Assembly (NCBI GenBank): GCA_046597055.1
Contig: JBKJLC010000159.1
Span: 1-60,605, forward strand
Length of the DNA stretch: 60,605 nt
Direction of reading: 5' to 3'
DNA from: Kofleriaceae bacterium
GTDB taxonomy: Bacteria; Myxococcota_A; Polyangia; Haliangiales; Haliangiaceae
Shown here: positions 29,688-40,196 of the stretch, in pieces
Layout of the letters: every line of letters starts with the position of its first letter
Position numbering within the stretch: the first letter of the stretch is position 1
Notes under the pieces: generated by a model
What the model saw: the letters and a program-made list of their open reading frames with translations, nothing else
Databases searched by the model: none
Told to the model about the DNA's origin: nothing
Made by a program: the position numbers and the translations under genes

Positions 29688-31208
29688 ATGCACTGGGTCC
29701 TCCCCGTCCTCGCGACGCTCATGATCGGCGCCCTCGGTGGGTGTGGTCCAGCCACGACCCACGCCAGCGACAACGCCGCGTGCCCGGAGGCCGATCTCGA
29801 TCGCGACGTCCAGCACTGCGGCGGGTGCGGCGCGGCGTGCGGGCCGGGTCAGCCGTGCGTCGAGGGCGCGTGCCAGGGCAGCTGCCAGGCCGGCCAGACG
29901 GTCGCGTGCTACGACGGCCCCGACGAGAGCAAGGACCGGGGTCCCTGTCGCGGCGGCATGCGCATGTGCCTGCCGTCGGGCGAGTGGAGCGGGTGTCTCG
30001 GGCAGCTGGTGCCGGGCCCGGAGGTCTGCGGCAACCGCGTCGACGAGAACTGCAGCGGCGAAGCCGACGAGAACACCGACGCGGACGGCGATGGCTACAC
30101 CACCTGTGGCGGCGACTGCTGCGACAGCAGCGAGTGCGCCCGGCCCGAGCTGGTCAACCCGGGCGCGTTCGACGCCGCCGGCAACGGGGTCGACGACGAC
30201 TGCGACGGGTCGCTCGACAACACCGCGGCGGCCTGTGACGTCGGCCTGCCGTCGCGGCCGCGCGACCTGCTCGACTACGCGCGGGCCATGGAGCTGTGCA
30301 ACCCGACCAGCGACGGGTCGCCGCGCTGGGGCGTGATCAGCGCCACGCTCACCAAGGTCGACGGCACCCCCGGCGCGCACCCCGACGCGGCGTCCATCCG
30401 GCCCGGGTTCGGCAGCGGGCTGCCGCCGCTGGCCGGCGGCAGCTTCGCGCTGCTCTCGAGCGGCCACGCCGCGGCGCCGGGCCAGACCGACCCGAGCCAC
30501 TTCGACTGGGAAGACTCGGCCCGCAACGGGGTCACCAGCGGCTTTCCCGCCGACTACCTGGCCGCGCACGGCGGCGCGCTGCCGGGCGGGACCACGATCG
30601 GGTGCCCGGCCCCGCTCGGCAGCGAGGCCCAGGATCCGGTGATGCTGACGCTGCGAATCCGGGTGCCGTCGAACGCGCGCTCGTTCCGCTTCGCGAGCAA
30701 CTTCTTCTCGGCAGAGTTCCCCGAGTACGTGTGCAGCGCCTACAACGACTTCTTCGTCGTGCTGCTCGACTCGACCTGGGCCGGAGTGCCGGCCAACCCG
30801 GCCGACAAGAACCTCGCGTTCTACCGGCACCCGGCCGGCCAGGTCTATCCGGTCGGCGTGAACCTCGCCCGAGGGGACAGCGGCCTGTTCACGCAGTGCC
30901 TGGACGGGCGCACCGGCTGTTTCGGCACCACCGGCATGATCACGACCTGCACTGGCACCGGGCAGCTCGCGGGCACCGGCTTCGACACGCTGTCGCCGGG
31001 CGCGTGCGACCGCACCAGCCTCGCCGGCGGCGCCACCGGCTGGCTGGTCACCAGCGGCAACGTCACGCCGGGCGAGGTCATCACGCTGCGCATGGGGATC
31101 TGGGACACCAGCGACCAGAACCTCGACTCGGTGGTCGTGCTCGACAGCTTCGAGTGGTCGGTCGACGTGTCCGACCCCGGGACCGTCATCGGCCGCGGGT
31201 CGCGCTGA
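29688..31208 (+). CDS. Lipoprotein with MopE-type repeats and a choice-of-anchor-L-like domain
   Basis: Lipobox LGGC; DADGDG...DC, NGVDDDCDG; FFSAEFPEYVCSAYNDFF, GGATGWL, IWDTSDQNLDSVVVLD. Confidence 0.82.
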   Translation: MHWVLPVLATLMIGALGGCGPATTHASDNAACPEADLDRDVQHCGGCGAACGPGQPCVEGACQGSCQAGQTVACYDGPDESKDRGPCRGGMRMCLPSGEWSGCLGQLVPGPEVCGNRVDENCSGEADENTDADGDGYTTCGGDCCDSSECARPELVNPGAFDAAGNGVDDDCDGSLDNTAAACDVGLPSRPRDLLDYARAMELCNPTSDGSPRWGVISATLTKVDGTPGAHPDAASIRPGFGSGLPPLAGGSFALLSSGHAAAPGQTDPSHFDWEDSARNGVTSGFPADYLAAHGGALPGGTTIGCPAPLGSEAQDPVMLTLRIRVPSNARSFRFASNFFSAEFPEYVCSAYNDFFVVLLDSTWAGVPANPADKNLAFYRHPAGQVYPVGVNLARGDSGLFTQCLDGRTGCFGTTGMITTCTGTGQLAGTGFDTLSPGACDRTSLAGGATGWLVTSGNVTPGEVITLRMGIWDTSDQNLDSVVVLDSFEWSVDVSDPGTVIGRGSR

Positions 31209-31227
31209 CGCGCCGGACCCGCGCGGC

Positions 31228-31614
31228 TCAGTTCACGACGATGGTGCCGGTGAACCGGTGCGGGACGCAGAGGAACTCGAAAGTCCCGGCGCTGTCGAAC
31301 TTCACGCAGGTGTCGCCGCTGAACATCGCGTGCCACAGCGCCGGGGTCGCGGTCGACTTGGCGTCGTGGTCAGCGGGCATCGTGAACTTCACGATCTGAC
31401 CGACCGTGATCGTCGAGCTGCGCGGGGTGAACGCGAACCCGGTGGTGGCGACGGTGACGGCCGGGGTGACCCCGGCGCAGCTCACGGTCGAGACCATCGC
31501 AACGGGCGAGGCGGCATCGATGCCGGGCGCCGCATCGGGCCCGGTGGCGCTGCCGTCGTCATCACCACATGCCGCGACGAGCGCGACGATACCGAACAGA
31601 AGAGACTTTCGCAT
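31228..31614 (-). CDS. Cupredoxin (plastocyanin/amicyanin-like) lipoprotein
   Basis: Lipobox VAAC; FTPRSSTITVGQIVKF, upstream His, FDSAGTFEFLCVPHRFTGTIVV; GGAGG RBS. Confidence 0.85.
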   Translation of the reverse strand: MRKSLLFGIVALVAACGDDDGSATGPDAAPGIDAASPVAMVSTVSCAGVTPAVTVATTGFAFTPRSSTITVGQIVKFTMPADHDAKSTATPALWHAMFSGDTCVKFDSAGTFEFLCVPHRFTGTIVVN

Positions 31615-31800
31615 GGGACCTCCACCACGCGCCGAGCGCGGCGCGCAGATCATGCCAGAAGTGGCCGCACCCAGGTGGGATGACGGTCGCTACCCGAGCG
31701 AGCGCCGCGCTGCGTTGCCGTTCTGTCGCAGCGCGTGATACCCATGATTGAAGGGGGGACATCGGTCCCTTATGTGCTCGTGAACGACCAGGAGCTGCCC

Positions 31801-32457
31801 ATGGCCGAGGCGCGGATCATCAAGCGGTACGCCAACCGCAAGCTCTACGATACCCAGCACAGCCGGTACGTGACGCTGGAGCAGATCTCCGAGATGATCC
31901 GCAATGGCGACGATGTGAAGATCGTCGACAACAAGACCAAGGAAGACCTGACATCGGTCACCCTGGCCCAGATTATCTTCGAGGAAGAGAAGAAGCAGCG
32001 CAGCTTCCTGCCGCTCACGGCGATGCGCAACATCATCCAGAACGGCGGTGAGTGGTTCGCCGAGGCGCAGCGCCGGGTCCAGAGCGTGCTGCCGTTCAAG
32101 CGCGGCGAGAACGAAAAGGACGACCTCGCCGACGGCGAGGTGCCGCCGCCGCCGCCGCCGGCGATGGAGCTCGACGAGATCGACGACGGTGACGCCGATG
32201 GCGACGGCACCTACGCCAACACGCCGCGCAAGCGCGAGGGCCTGGCCCTGGTCCGCGAGTTCCGCGAGTGGGTCAACGAGCAGCAGACCGTGCTCGAAGA
32301 CTGGCAGAAGCGGGTCGACGGCCGGGTCCGGTCGGCCATCGAGGGCATCTCCCCCTTCGGCAGCCTGCACAAGGACGTGAAGCTCCTGTCCGAGCGGATC
32401 GCCGAGCTCGAGGCGCGGCTGCTGCAGCTCGCCGACGAGGATGAGCGCAAGGAGTAG
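31801..32457 (+). CDS. PhaR-type DNA-binding domain protein
   Basis: IIKRYANRKLYDTQHSRYVTL...VDNKTKEDLTSVTLAQII; C-terminal coiled coil; GGAG RBS. Confidence 0.9.
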   Translation: MAEARIIKRYANRKLYDTQHSRYVTLEQISEMIRNGDDVKIVDNKTKEDLTSVTLAQIIFEEEKKQRSFLPLTAMRNIIQNGGEWFAEAQRRVQSVLPFKRGENEKDDLADGEVPPPPPPAMELDEIDDGDADGDGTYANTPRKREGLALVREFREWVNEQQTVLEDWQKRVDGRVRSAIEGISPFGSLHKDVKLLSERIAELEARLLQLADEDERKE

Positions 32458-32483
32458 CCGCGGAGGCGGTACACTCCAGGAGC

Positions 32484-33242
32484 GTGACGGCCGAGTGGCT
32501 GCTCCAGCGTGTGCGCGCCATCACCGATCCGGTGATGCGCCGACGTGCGCTCTCGACCCTCCTGGCCCAGGCCGATCCGGCGGTCGCCGCCGCCGCCGCC
32601 GATGATCTGATCGCACGGGCCGCGCGCACCGCCGACGATCTCGACCTCGCCGCCGGGCTCGGCTGCCTGGTCCGCGCGGTCGGCGACCTGCCGTACGAGG
32701 CGCGCCAGGCGCTCTACGCCGCGGCGCGTGCCCGTGGCGCCGACGCGCTGGCCCGACTGCTGTTCGATGCCTCGCCGGCGACCGCGAGCGACGGGGAGCT
32801 GAAGCAGCAGCTCCAGCCCGAGCGGCCGCTGCGCCCCAAGGGCCGCCCGCTGACCCTCGGCGAGCGCAAGTCGCTGGCCCGCTCGTCGCGCCGCGAGCTG
32901 ATCATCCACCTGGTGCGCGATCCGCACCCCGACGTCGTCCGCATCCTGCTCGACAACCCGCTGCTCACCGAGCGCGACGCGGTGCAGCTGGCGGCGTCGC
33001 GCCCGGCGGTGCCGGCGACGCTCACGCTGATCGCCGATCACCCGCGCTGGTCGGTCCGGCACATGGTGCGGCGCGCGCTGGTGTTCAACCCGCACACGCC
33101 GGTGCACGTCGCCCTGCGCTTGGCGACCACGCTCGGCACCACCGACTGGCGCGAGATCGAGCAAGATGCCCACCTGCCCGACACCCTGCGGACCCACGCC
33201 CGCGAGCTGGGCCGCGCCCGGAGCGCGCGTCCGGCCCGGTGA
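32484..33242 (+). CDS. Hypothetical HEAT/LRV-repeat-like protein
   Basis: LTLGERKSLAR, DPHPDVVRILLDNP, VRRALVFNPHTP. Confidence 0.8.
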   Translation: MTAEWLLQRVRAITDPVMRRRALSTLLAQADPAVAAAAADDLIARAARTADDLDLAAGLGCLVRAVGDLPYEARQALYAAARARGADALARLLFDASPATASDGELKQQLQPERPLRPKGRPLTLGERKSLARSSRRELIIHLVRDPHPDVVRILLDNPLLTERDAVQLAASRPAVPATLTLIADHPRWSVRHMVRRALVFNPHTPVHVALRLATTLGTTDWREIEQDAHLPDTLRTHARELGRARSARPAR

Positions 33243-33252
33243 GCCCGGCCTC

Positions 33253-33513
33253 CTAGCTCGCTTCCTTCTTCGACTTGCGACGCGTCACGACCTCGGCGTC
33301 CTCGATGTCGTCGTCGCCGGCGGCCAGCGACTTGGACGACTTACCGTCGAGCTCCTTCTTCTTGGACACCTCGATCTCGTCGTCGCCGGCGGCGCCGCGC
33401 TTGAAGTTCTTGATCGCGGATCCCAGGCCGTGGCCGATCATCGGGAGCTTGCTGGCACCGAACACGACCATGACGATGAGGAGGATGATGAGCAGCTCGC
33501 CCATTCCGGGCAT
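33253..33513 (-). CDS. tatA: Twin-arginine translocase subunit TatA/E
   Basis: [39 protein letters not shown]. Confidence 0.93.
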   Translation of the reverse strand: MPGMGELLIILLIVMVVFGASKLPMIGHGLGSAIKNFKRGAAGDDEIEVSKKKELDGKSSKSLAAGDDDIEDAEVVTRRKSKKEAS

Positions 33514-33640
33514 GGAGGACTCCTGGGCACTGAGCCTGGACGGCTGACGCGCGAAAGACGCGCCGGCGGGGACGCTTGGACTCGTCGGCAATCTAACACG
33601 CGGGCTCCCGAGGGGCGATAGCCGACCCCCTGCCCGACCT

Positions 33641-33727
33641 GGTGCGGTGCCACGACGCATTACCGATAACAGTCTGTGATCGTTGGGGTCACAGGGTGGG
33701 AAGCCGCTGCTTCCCACCCTCTCTTTT
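33641..33727 (+). ncRNA. Candidate sRNA or attenuator leader with three hairpins
   Basis: Lower-GC intergenic segment; hairpins at 33641-33661 and 33674-33694, then a terminator; matches no family I recognise. Confidence 0.45.
33693..33727 (+). terminator. Intrinsic terminator with no upstream + strand CDS
   Basis: Perfect 12-bp stem AGGGTGGGAAGC/GCTTCCCACCCT, loop CGCT, then CTCTTTT. Confidence 0.8.
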
Positions 33728-33845
33728 GATCGGTCGACCGCGGCCCGGAGGCCGCGCCCGCTCGGGACGGAGCCGAGCCGCCTCGCGTCGCTCGACTCCG
33801 GGGAGAAACTTGGTTCCACCCGGGCCGAGCGCCTATGTTCGCCCC

Positions 33846-35984
33846 ATGCGCGTACGTCCGATCCTCCTCGCGCTGGCCGCCGCGGGAGCGCTGGCCGGCA
33901 CGGCCCTCGCCGACAGCCCGATGCCCGGCGTCCGACCGGCCGGCCTGCAGGACGAGCAACCGACCGCCCCGGCCGCCGAGCGTCCGCCCCTGGCCGAGCG
34001 CGCCGAGGGCCGCGCCGCGGTCCGCGGGTGTCCGGTCGACAGCGCATGTCAGCGCTGGCAGGACGAGCTTCGCGAGTTCGAGCTCGAGCGCTTCCCGCCG
34101 TCGGGATCGCCGTGGATCGACGGCGACCGCCCGCGGTCGGAGACCGGCCCGCGGCCGAGCCGGGCCACCAGCCCGACCGAGCTGCGCCCCGACCTGCCCT
34201 GGCTGGCCGACCTCGAGCTCCCCGATCTGCCGATCGTGTGGGACCGCCGGCTGATCGACTATCTGGTGTTCTACAAGGACGACCCGCGCGGGCAGCGGAT
34301 CATGCGCGGCTGGCTGGTGGCCCAGGGCCGCTTCCGCGACGTGATCCTGCGCGAGCTACGGCGGGCCAAGCTGCCCGATGACCTGCTGTACGTCGCGATG
34401 ATCGAGTCGAGCTACAACCCGCACACGTACTCGCGGGTCGGGGCCAGCGGGCTGTGGCAGTTCATGCCCGACGGCGGCCGCATTTACGGGCTCACCATCA
34501 ACCGCTGGCTCGACGAGCGCAGCGATCCGGTGCGCGCGACGGTCGCGGCCACCAGCCACTGGGCCGACCTGTACCAGCGCTTTGGCGACTGGCACCTCGC
34601 GATCGCCGCGTACAACGCCGGCTACGGCGCGGTGCTGAAGGGCGTCGCCCGCTTCAACACCAACGACTTCTGGGCGTTGCTCGAGTACGAGAACGCGCTG
34701 CCGTGGGAGGCGTCGATCTACGTGCCCAAGGCGCTGGCGGCCGCGATCGTCGGCCACAACCGGGCCCGGTTCGGCTTCGGCGATCTCGCCGCCGCACCGG
34801 CCGAGACCTGGGACGAGGTCACGGTGCCAAGCTCGATCGCGATGACCACGATCGCGCAGGCGGCCGGCTGCACCCCGGCCGATCTCAAGCGGCTCAACCC
34901 GCACCTGCTGCGCGGGCGGACCCCGCCCGGCGCCAGCTTCGTCGTCCGGGTCCCGGCCGGCGGCGGCGCCGCGTTCGCGACCCGGCTCGGGCAGCTGCGC
35001 GGCGACTGGGATCGCGTCGACGTCTACGTGATGCACCACGGCGAGCGCTTCGAGGACGTGGCGACCCAGTTCGGGATCAGCAAGAGCCGGCTGCGCCAGC
35101 TCAACGAGATCGAGCACGAGGCCGAGGTCTCGGGCGGCACGCTGCTGGTGGTGCCGCGGGTGGCCGAGGACGTGCGCACCGCGAACCTGACCAAGGCCAA
35201 CAACGATCTGTACGGCTCGGGGGTCGATCACCGCCCCGGCGAGGCCTTGATCGTGGCGGTCCCCGACAAGAACGCCGAGGTCGCGGCCCGGCGCCGGGTG
35301 TTCTACCGGGTCGTCCACGGCGACTCGGTGCGCGGCATCGCCGACGCGCTCGGCGTGCCGACCGCCGAGCTGGCCGGCTGGAACGGCCTCGCGCTCGACG
35401 CCAAGCTGCACCCGCGCATGGTCCTGCAGGCGTGGATGGCGCCGACCTGGTCGGCCGAGGCCGCCCACGTCCGCCTGCTCGACGAGACCCGGATCATCGT
35501 CGTGACCCGTGGCTCCAAGGAGCACGTCGAGCTGGCCGAGGCACGGACCGGCCGCCAGCGGATCGAGTACACGGCGAGCAAGCGCGAGACCTTCGAGCAG
35601 ATCGGCAAGAAGTTCGGCCTGGCCAAGCGCGACGTCGCCCGCATCAACCGGCTGCCGCCCGACACCGTGGTGGCGCCCGGCGAGTCGATCGTGATCTACA
35701 AGGTCGTCGACCACACTCGCAGCGACCGCGCCGAGAAGCAGTGGAAGCAGGCACCCCGGCCCGCCAAGGCCAAGCAGGGCGGCAAGAAGGCGACCGGCAA
35801 GAAGTCGGGCAAGCGTGCCGACGCCGAGCGCGAGGATGGCGACGAGGATCGTGCCGAGGCCAGCGTGGACGCGCGCCCCACGCCGAGCGAGGAAGCCGCG
35901 CCGGTCGCCGACCGTGACGACCGCGCGCGGGTCGTGGCGACGCCGGCCGTCGATCGCGACGGACCGGTCACGACCCCCGACTGA
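33846..35984 (+). CDS. Lytic transglycosylase with LysM domains (MltD-like)
   Basis: Signal peptide; [24 protein letters not shown]; LysM-like repeats ([16 protein letters not shown]). Confidence 0.92.
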   Translation: MRVRPILLALAAAGALAGTALADSPMPGVRPAGLQDEQPTAPAAERPPLAERAEGRAAVRGCPVDSACQRWQDELREFELERFPPSGSPWIDGDRPRSETGPRPSRATSPTELRPDLPWLADLELPDLPIVWDRRLIDYLVFYKDDPRGQRIMRGWLVAQGRFRDVILRELRRAKLPDDLLYVAMIESSYNPHTYSRVGASGLWQFMPDGGRIYGLTINRWLDERSDPVRATVAATSHWADLYQRFGDWHLAIAAYNAGYGAVLKGVARFNTNDFWALLEYENALPWEASIYVPKALAAAIVGHNRARFGFGDLAAAPAETWDEVTVPSSIAMTTIAQAAGCTPADLKRLNPHLLRGRTPPGASFVVRVPAGGGAAFATRLGQLRGDWDRVDVYVMHHGERFEDVATQFGISKSRLRQLNEIEHEAEVSGGTLLVVPRVAEDVRTANLTKANNDLYGSGVDHRPGEALIVAVPDKNAEVAARRRVFYRVVHGDSVRGIADALGVPTAELAGWNGLALDAKLHPRMVLQAWMAPTWSAEAAHVRLLDETRIIVVTRGSKEHVELAEARTGRQRIEYTASKRETFEQIGKKFGLAKRDVARINRLPPDTVVAPGESIVIYKVVDHTRSDRAEKQWKQAPRPAKAKQGGKKATGKKSGKRADAEREDGDEDRAEASVDARPTPSEEAAPVADRDDRARVVATPAVDRDGPVTTPD

Positions 35985-36057
35985 GCGCGCCGGTCACAAC
36001 GCACCCACGCCCAGCCCGGCGAGCGGCTCGACCGGGCTGGCCCTCGCACGCAGGTGC

Positions 36058-36210
36058 CTCGGCGACGAGGCCGCGCTGTGCGGGCGCCTGTGGGTGCGCA
36101 AGGGCACCAGCTACTTCTCGATCTCGACCCAGGCGTTCACCGGGACCCCCGAGGAGTGGTCGCAGATCAGTCGCCGACTCGCGGTGCACATCCTGCCGCG
36201 CCTGCCGTGA
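36058..36210 (+). pseudogene. Start-less 3' gene remnant
   Basis: LGDEAALCGRLWVRKGTSYFSISTQAFTGTPEEWSQISRRLAVHILPRLP-stop, nearly all G/C third positions, no plausible start after the transglycosylase stop. Confidence 0.45.
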
Positions 36211-36302
36211 GCGGCACCGGTCGCGCCGGCCGGCGTCCCACGCCCCCACGCGCGCGATGACGGGCGGGTCCGCGCGCGCCAGCGGCAACCGACCGGAGGC
36301 CG

Positions 36303-39080
36303 TCAGCGCCGGGCGCGGGGCGCGCCGAACACGGCCTTCACGCTCGCCTGCTTGCCGGCGCGCATGAACACGATCGTCGTGTCCTGGCCGGGCGCGGCCT
36401 CGCCGAGCACCAGCATCAGATCCTGGACGTTGCGCACCTCGGTCACGCCGATCTTGATGATGCGATCACCCTGGCGCAGGCCGGCCTTGGCGGCGGGGCC
36501 GTCGGGGACGACGTCGGCGACCAGGACGCCGGGGACCTTGCCGTCCTCGCCGTAGGTGGGGATGGTGCCGAGCGAGCCGCCCCGCATGGGGATGTCGCCC
36601 AGCTTCGGCGGCTCCGCCACCTTCTTGAACGTGAGCGCGGGGCCGCGCGCGATCGCCAGCGCGAGCTCGGCGACCACGCCGGCGATCCGCGCCGCGCCGA
36701 CCGCGTTGACCGCGGGCGCGTCGTCGGTGACCCGGTGGTAGTCGAGGTGCCCGCCGGTGAAGAAGTGCGCGACCGGCGCGCCGCCCTGGTAGAACGCCAT
36801 GTGATCGGACGGGCCGTAGCCCGAGCCGGCCAGGTGACAGCGCAGCCGCGCCGCCTTGCACAGCGGCTCGACCAGCGCCGACCACTCGGCGGCCGACTCG
36901 GCGCCGAGCACCTGGACCTCGTTGTCGCGCAGGCGACCGACCATGTCCATGTTCAGCATCGCGACCGGCGCCCCGGCGTACGGCGGATGGGCGACGAAGT
37001 GGGTCGCGCCGAGCAGGCCGCGCTCCTCGCCGCTGAACGCGACCAGGTAGACATCGCGGGCCAGCTCGCCGCGGCGGGCCTGCAGCGTGCGCGCGGCCTC
37101 GAGCAGCGCGGCGACGCCCGAGGCGTTGTCGTCGGCGCCGTTGTGGACCGCGTCCTCGGCGTCGAGCGCGCCCGAGCCCGGGCCGCCGCGCCCGAGGTGG
37201 TCGAGGTGGGCGCCGATGACGAGCACGCCCGGTTGCTTCGCGCTGGCGCCGGCGCGGATCACGCCGACCACGTTGTCGGTGGGTGTCCGGGTCGCGGACA
37301 CCTCGACCGCGAGCTCGGCGCGCTGGCTGGCGCGGGTCAGCGGCTCGCCGACCGCGGCGGTGACGATCACGACCGGGAGCCCGGCGTCGGCGCCGTCGCG
37401 CGCGGTCAGCGGCGGCAGCGGCGCCTCGGTCTTGCCGGTCGCGGGTAGGTCGACCACGATCATGCCGACCGCGCCGCGCTGGCGCGCCATCATCGCCTTG
37501 TAGTCGAGCCCCGACAGCCGGTTGCGGTCGGCCGCCTTGAGGGCATCGGGCGCGAACCGCCGGACCACGACGATCTTGCCCTTCACCTTCTTGCCCCGGT
37601 AGTCGTCGAGCTTGCGCTGCTTGTCGACGATGCCGTAGCCGACGAAGACCGTGCCGGCAGCGACCGCAGCGCTGGCCGACACCGGTGACGGCACGAACGC
37701 CGCCGCGTCGGCCGCGACCCCACCGACCGTCAGCCGCGTGCCCGGCCCGCGGGTCAGCCCAGTGGTGACCTCGAACCGCTGGCGCAGCTCGCCGCCGGCG
37801 AGCCCGCCCTCGACGCCGAGGTCGCGCAGCTCGCCCTCGACCCACTTGATCGCGTCGTCGAGCCCGGGGGTGCCGACGCCGCGGCCACCGCGGGCATCGT
37901 CGGCGAGGTAGTCGACCGTGCGGCGGACCCGATCGGCGGCGGTCGGCGTCACCCCGGTCGGCGGGTGATCGTTCCAGGGCGCGACGAAGACGTTGGTGTC
38001 GCTGCCATGCTGGCCGGGGACCGGCGGCGGCGCCCCGCGGTTCGACGAGAACGCCAGCCGCTTGCCATCGGGTGAGAACATCGGAAAGCCGTCGAACCCG
38101 GCCGAGAACGTGACCTGCTCGAGGTCGGTGCCGTCGACGTCGATCGCCCACAGGTCGAACTCGCGGCCCCTGGGATCGCCGGTGTTCGACGAGAACAGGA
38201 TGCGCTGGCCGGCCGGGTGGAAGAACGGCGCGAACGACGCCGCGTCGAGATAGGTGATCTGGCGGGGATCGCTGCCGTCGGCGTCAGCGACCCACAGCTC
38301 GAGCTTGGTCGGACGCACCAGGTGCTCCGTGAGCAGCTGGCGATACTCGGCGAGCGCGTCGCCGGTCGGACGCGACGCCCGCCACACGACCTTCGAGCAA
38401 TCGGGCGAGAAGAAGGCGCCGCCGTCGTAGCCGGGCGCCTCGGTGAGGCGGACGACGTTGCCGCCGTTGGCGTCCATCCGGTACAGCTCGAGATCGCCGT
38501 CCTTGTCGGACGTGAAGATCACCGAGCCGTCCTTGCTGCACACGGTCGCCTCGGCGTCGTAGGCACCGGCGACGCCGAACAGCTTGCGCGGCTCGCGGCC
38601 GTCGGCGTTCGCCTTGTAGATGTCGAAGTCGTAGAGGGCCCAGACGTAGCCCTTGCTACGATCGGGCGGCGCCGGGCACGCCGCGTCGATCTCGTGGGTC
38701 GACGCGTACAGGATCTCCCGGTCGCCCGGGAAGAAGTACGAGCAGGTGGTGCGGCCCTTGCCGGTCGAGACGATGGTCGGGTCGCTGCCGCCGGCGGCCG
38801 ACATCACCATGATCTGATCGCACGGCACGCCCGGCCGCGTGGACTGGAAGATGAGGCGATCGCCAGCCGACGACCAGTACGCCTCGGCATTCTCGCCGCC
38901 GTTGGTCAGCTGGGTCAGCGCGCCCAGGTGGGTCTCGCGCGGGTCGCGCAGGTCGCCCGCGGGGGTGCCCGGCCCGGGCGGCCGCGCGCGCTCCGGGTTG
39001 GTCGGCAGCGGCGCGGTCGAGCACGCAGTGGCGAGCGCGGTCGCGGCGAGCGCGACGGACAGGAACGAGCGAACGGCCAT
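36303..39080 (-). CDS. M28 metallopeptidase lipoprotein with PD40 propeller, PA and PDZ domains
   Basis: Lipobox ATAC; FSPDGKRLAFSSNR; GAHLDHLG, NGADDNASG, FSGEERGLLG, NMDMVGRL, SDH, DYH; PDZ GPAAKAGLRQGD. Confidence 0.93.
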   Translation of the reverse strand: MAVRSFLSVALAATALATACSTAPLPTNPERARPPGPGTPAGDLRDPRETHLGALTQLTNGGENAEAYWSSAGDRLIFQSTRPGVPCDQIMVMSAAGGSDPTIVSTGKGRTTCSYFFPGDREILYASTHEIDAACPAPPDRSKGYVWALYDFDIYKANADGREPRKLFGVAGAYDAEATVCSKDGSVIFTSDKDGDLELYRMDANGGNVVRLTEAPGYDGGAFFSPDCSKVVWRASRPTGDALAEYRQLLTEHLVRPTKLELWVADADGSDPRQITYLDAASFAPFFHPAGQRILFSSNTGDPRGREFDLWAIDVDGTDLEQVTFSAGFDGFPMFSPDGKRLAFSSNRGAPPPVPGQHGSDTNVFVAPWNDHPPTGVTPTAADRVRRTVDYLADDARGGRGVGTPGLDDAIKWVEGELRDLGVEGGLAGGELRQRFEVTTGLTRGPGTRLTVGGVAADAAAFVPSPVSASAAVAAGTVFVGYGIVDKQRKLDDYRGKKVKGKIVVVRRFAPDALKAADRNRLSGLDYKAMMARQRGAVGMIVVDLPATGKTEAPLPPLTARDGADAGLPVVIVTAAVGEPLTRASQRAELAVEVSATRTPTDNVVGVIRAGASAKQPGVLVIGAHLDHLGRGGPGSGALDAEDAVHNGADDNASGVAALLEAARTLQARRGELARDVYLVAFSGEERGLLGATHFVAHPPYAGAPVAMLNMDMVGRLRDNEVQVLGAESAAEWSALVEPLCKAARLRCHLAGSGYGPSDHMAFYQGGAPVAHFFTGGHLDYHRVTDDAPAVNAVGAARIAGVVAELALAIARGPALTFKKVAEPPKLGDIPMRGGSLGTIPTYGEDGKVPGVLVADVVPDGPAAKAGLRQGDRIIKIGVTEVRNVQDLMLVLGEAAPGQDTTIVFMRAGKQASVKAVFGAPRARR

Positions 39081-39218
39081 GCGCGGGAATGTACCCCGGG
39101 CCGAATGGCCGAGGTCGCACCCGGGTTCCCGCATCCTTCCGTGACCCGCGTGAGACGGCCCTCGGGTGGAATGGTCGGGACCGCTCGCGCGTTCCAGGCG
39201 ACATCCCAGGGAGGAAGC

Positions 39219-40001
39219 ATGTCCGTCGCCGAAAGACCGAGCTGGATCGGCGGGCGCGAGTTGATCGCGCTCGCCATCGTCGCCATGGCCGCCGCGCCGC
39301 CGCTGTCGACCTACATCGCGAGCAAGTCGTGGGAGCGGGTCAAGGTGCGTCCGGCCGAGCGCGCGCTGCGGGTCACCGGATCTGCCAAGAAGCGCATCGT
39401 GTCAGATCTGATCGAGTGGAGCGCGACGGTGTCGGCCGAGTCACCCGACAAGCTGGCCGCGTACCGCAAGCTGCACGGCGACGTCGAGACCACCGTCGCG
39501 TACCTCAAGGCCGAGGGCGTGCCCGACGCCCAGATCTTTCCCGACTCGGCGACGGTGCAGGAGGTCTTCGTGACCGTCTACGAGGGCAAGGGCGAGGACC
39601 GGATCAGCAAGCAGGTGCTGACCGGCTACGTCGGCCGCCAGGCGGTCACGGTGCGCTCGGTCGACGTCCAGCGGATCGAGCGGCTGTCGCGCGAGGTGAC
39701 CAACCTGCTCGAGAAGGACGTGCAGGTCCAGTCGGGCGCGCCCGCCTACTACTACACCAAGCTGGGCGACCTGAAGATCGAGATGCTGTCGGCGGCCGGC
39801 AAGGACGCCAGGACCCGCGCCGACAACATCCTGCGATCGGCGGGCGGCGCCGGCATCGCCGGGCTCAAGTCAGCCGACATGGGGGTCATCAACGTCAACT
39901 CGGCCAACTCGACCGAGACGTCGTGGGAGGGCAACAACGACGCCTCCTCGCTCGAGAAGGACATCATCGCGATCGTCCACGTCGTCTACAACCTGCGCTG
40001 A
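39219..40001 (+). CDS. SIMPL (DUF541) domain protein
   Basis: VTGSAKKRIVSD, KIEMLSAAGKDARTRA, SLEKDI; GGAGG RBS. Confidence 0.88.
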   Translation: MSVAERPSWIGGRELIALAIVAMAAAPPLSTYIASKSWERVKVRPAERALRVTGSAKKRIVSDLIEWSATVSAESPDKLAAYRKLHGDVETTVAYLKAEGVPDAQIFPDSATVQEVFVTVYEGKGEDRISKQVLTGYVGRQAVTVRSVDVQRIERLSREVTNLLEKDVQVQSGAPAYYYTKLGDLKIEMLSAAGKDARTRADNILRSAGGAGIAGLKSADMGVINVNSANSTETSWEGNNDASSLEKDIIAIVHVVYNLR

Positions 40002-40196
40002 CGGCGGCCACCCACCGCCGATGGCCGCGAACCCGAGCGGCTCGCCTCCATGTGCGGGCATGTTCCCCGCGCGAAGGGTCGAGATCGAACGTGGGTTGTC
40101 CGCAAGCTACCGAGGCCGCCCGCTGGTGCCGGCGCGTGTGACGCGCAATGCGGATGTCTTCCCGTTCGTGCCGGTCAGGACGCGTTACCAGGGAAC

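Noticed and set aside
33540..33630. c-di-GMP-I riboswitch-like fragments (GAAA loop, GGGACGC)
   Set aside because: Lacks the GGCAAA and GCAAAGC core and a P1 pairing; more likely part of the tatA leader on the opposite strand.
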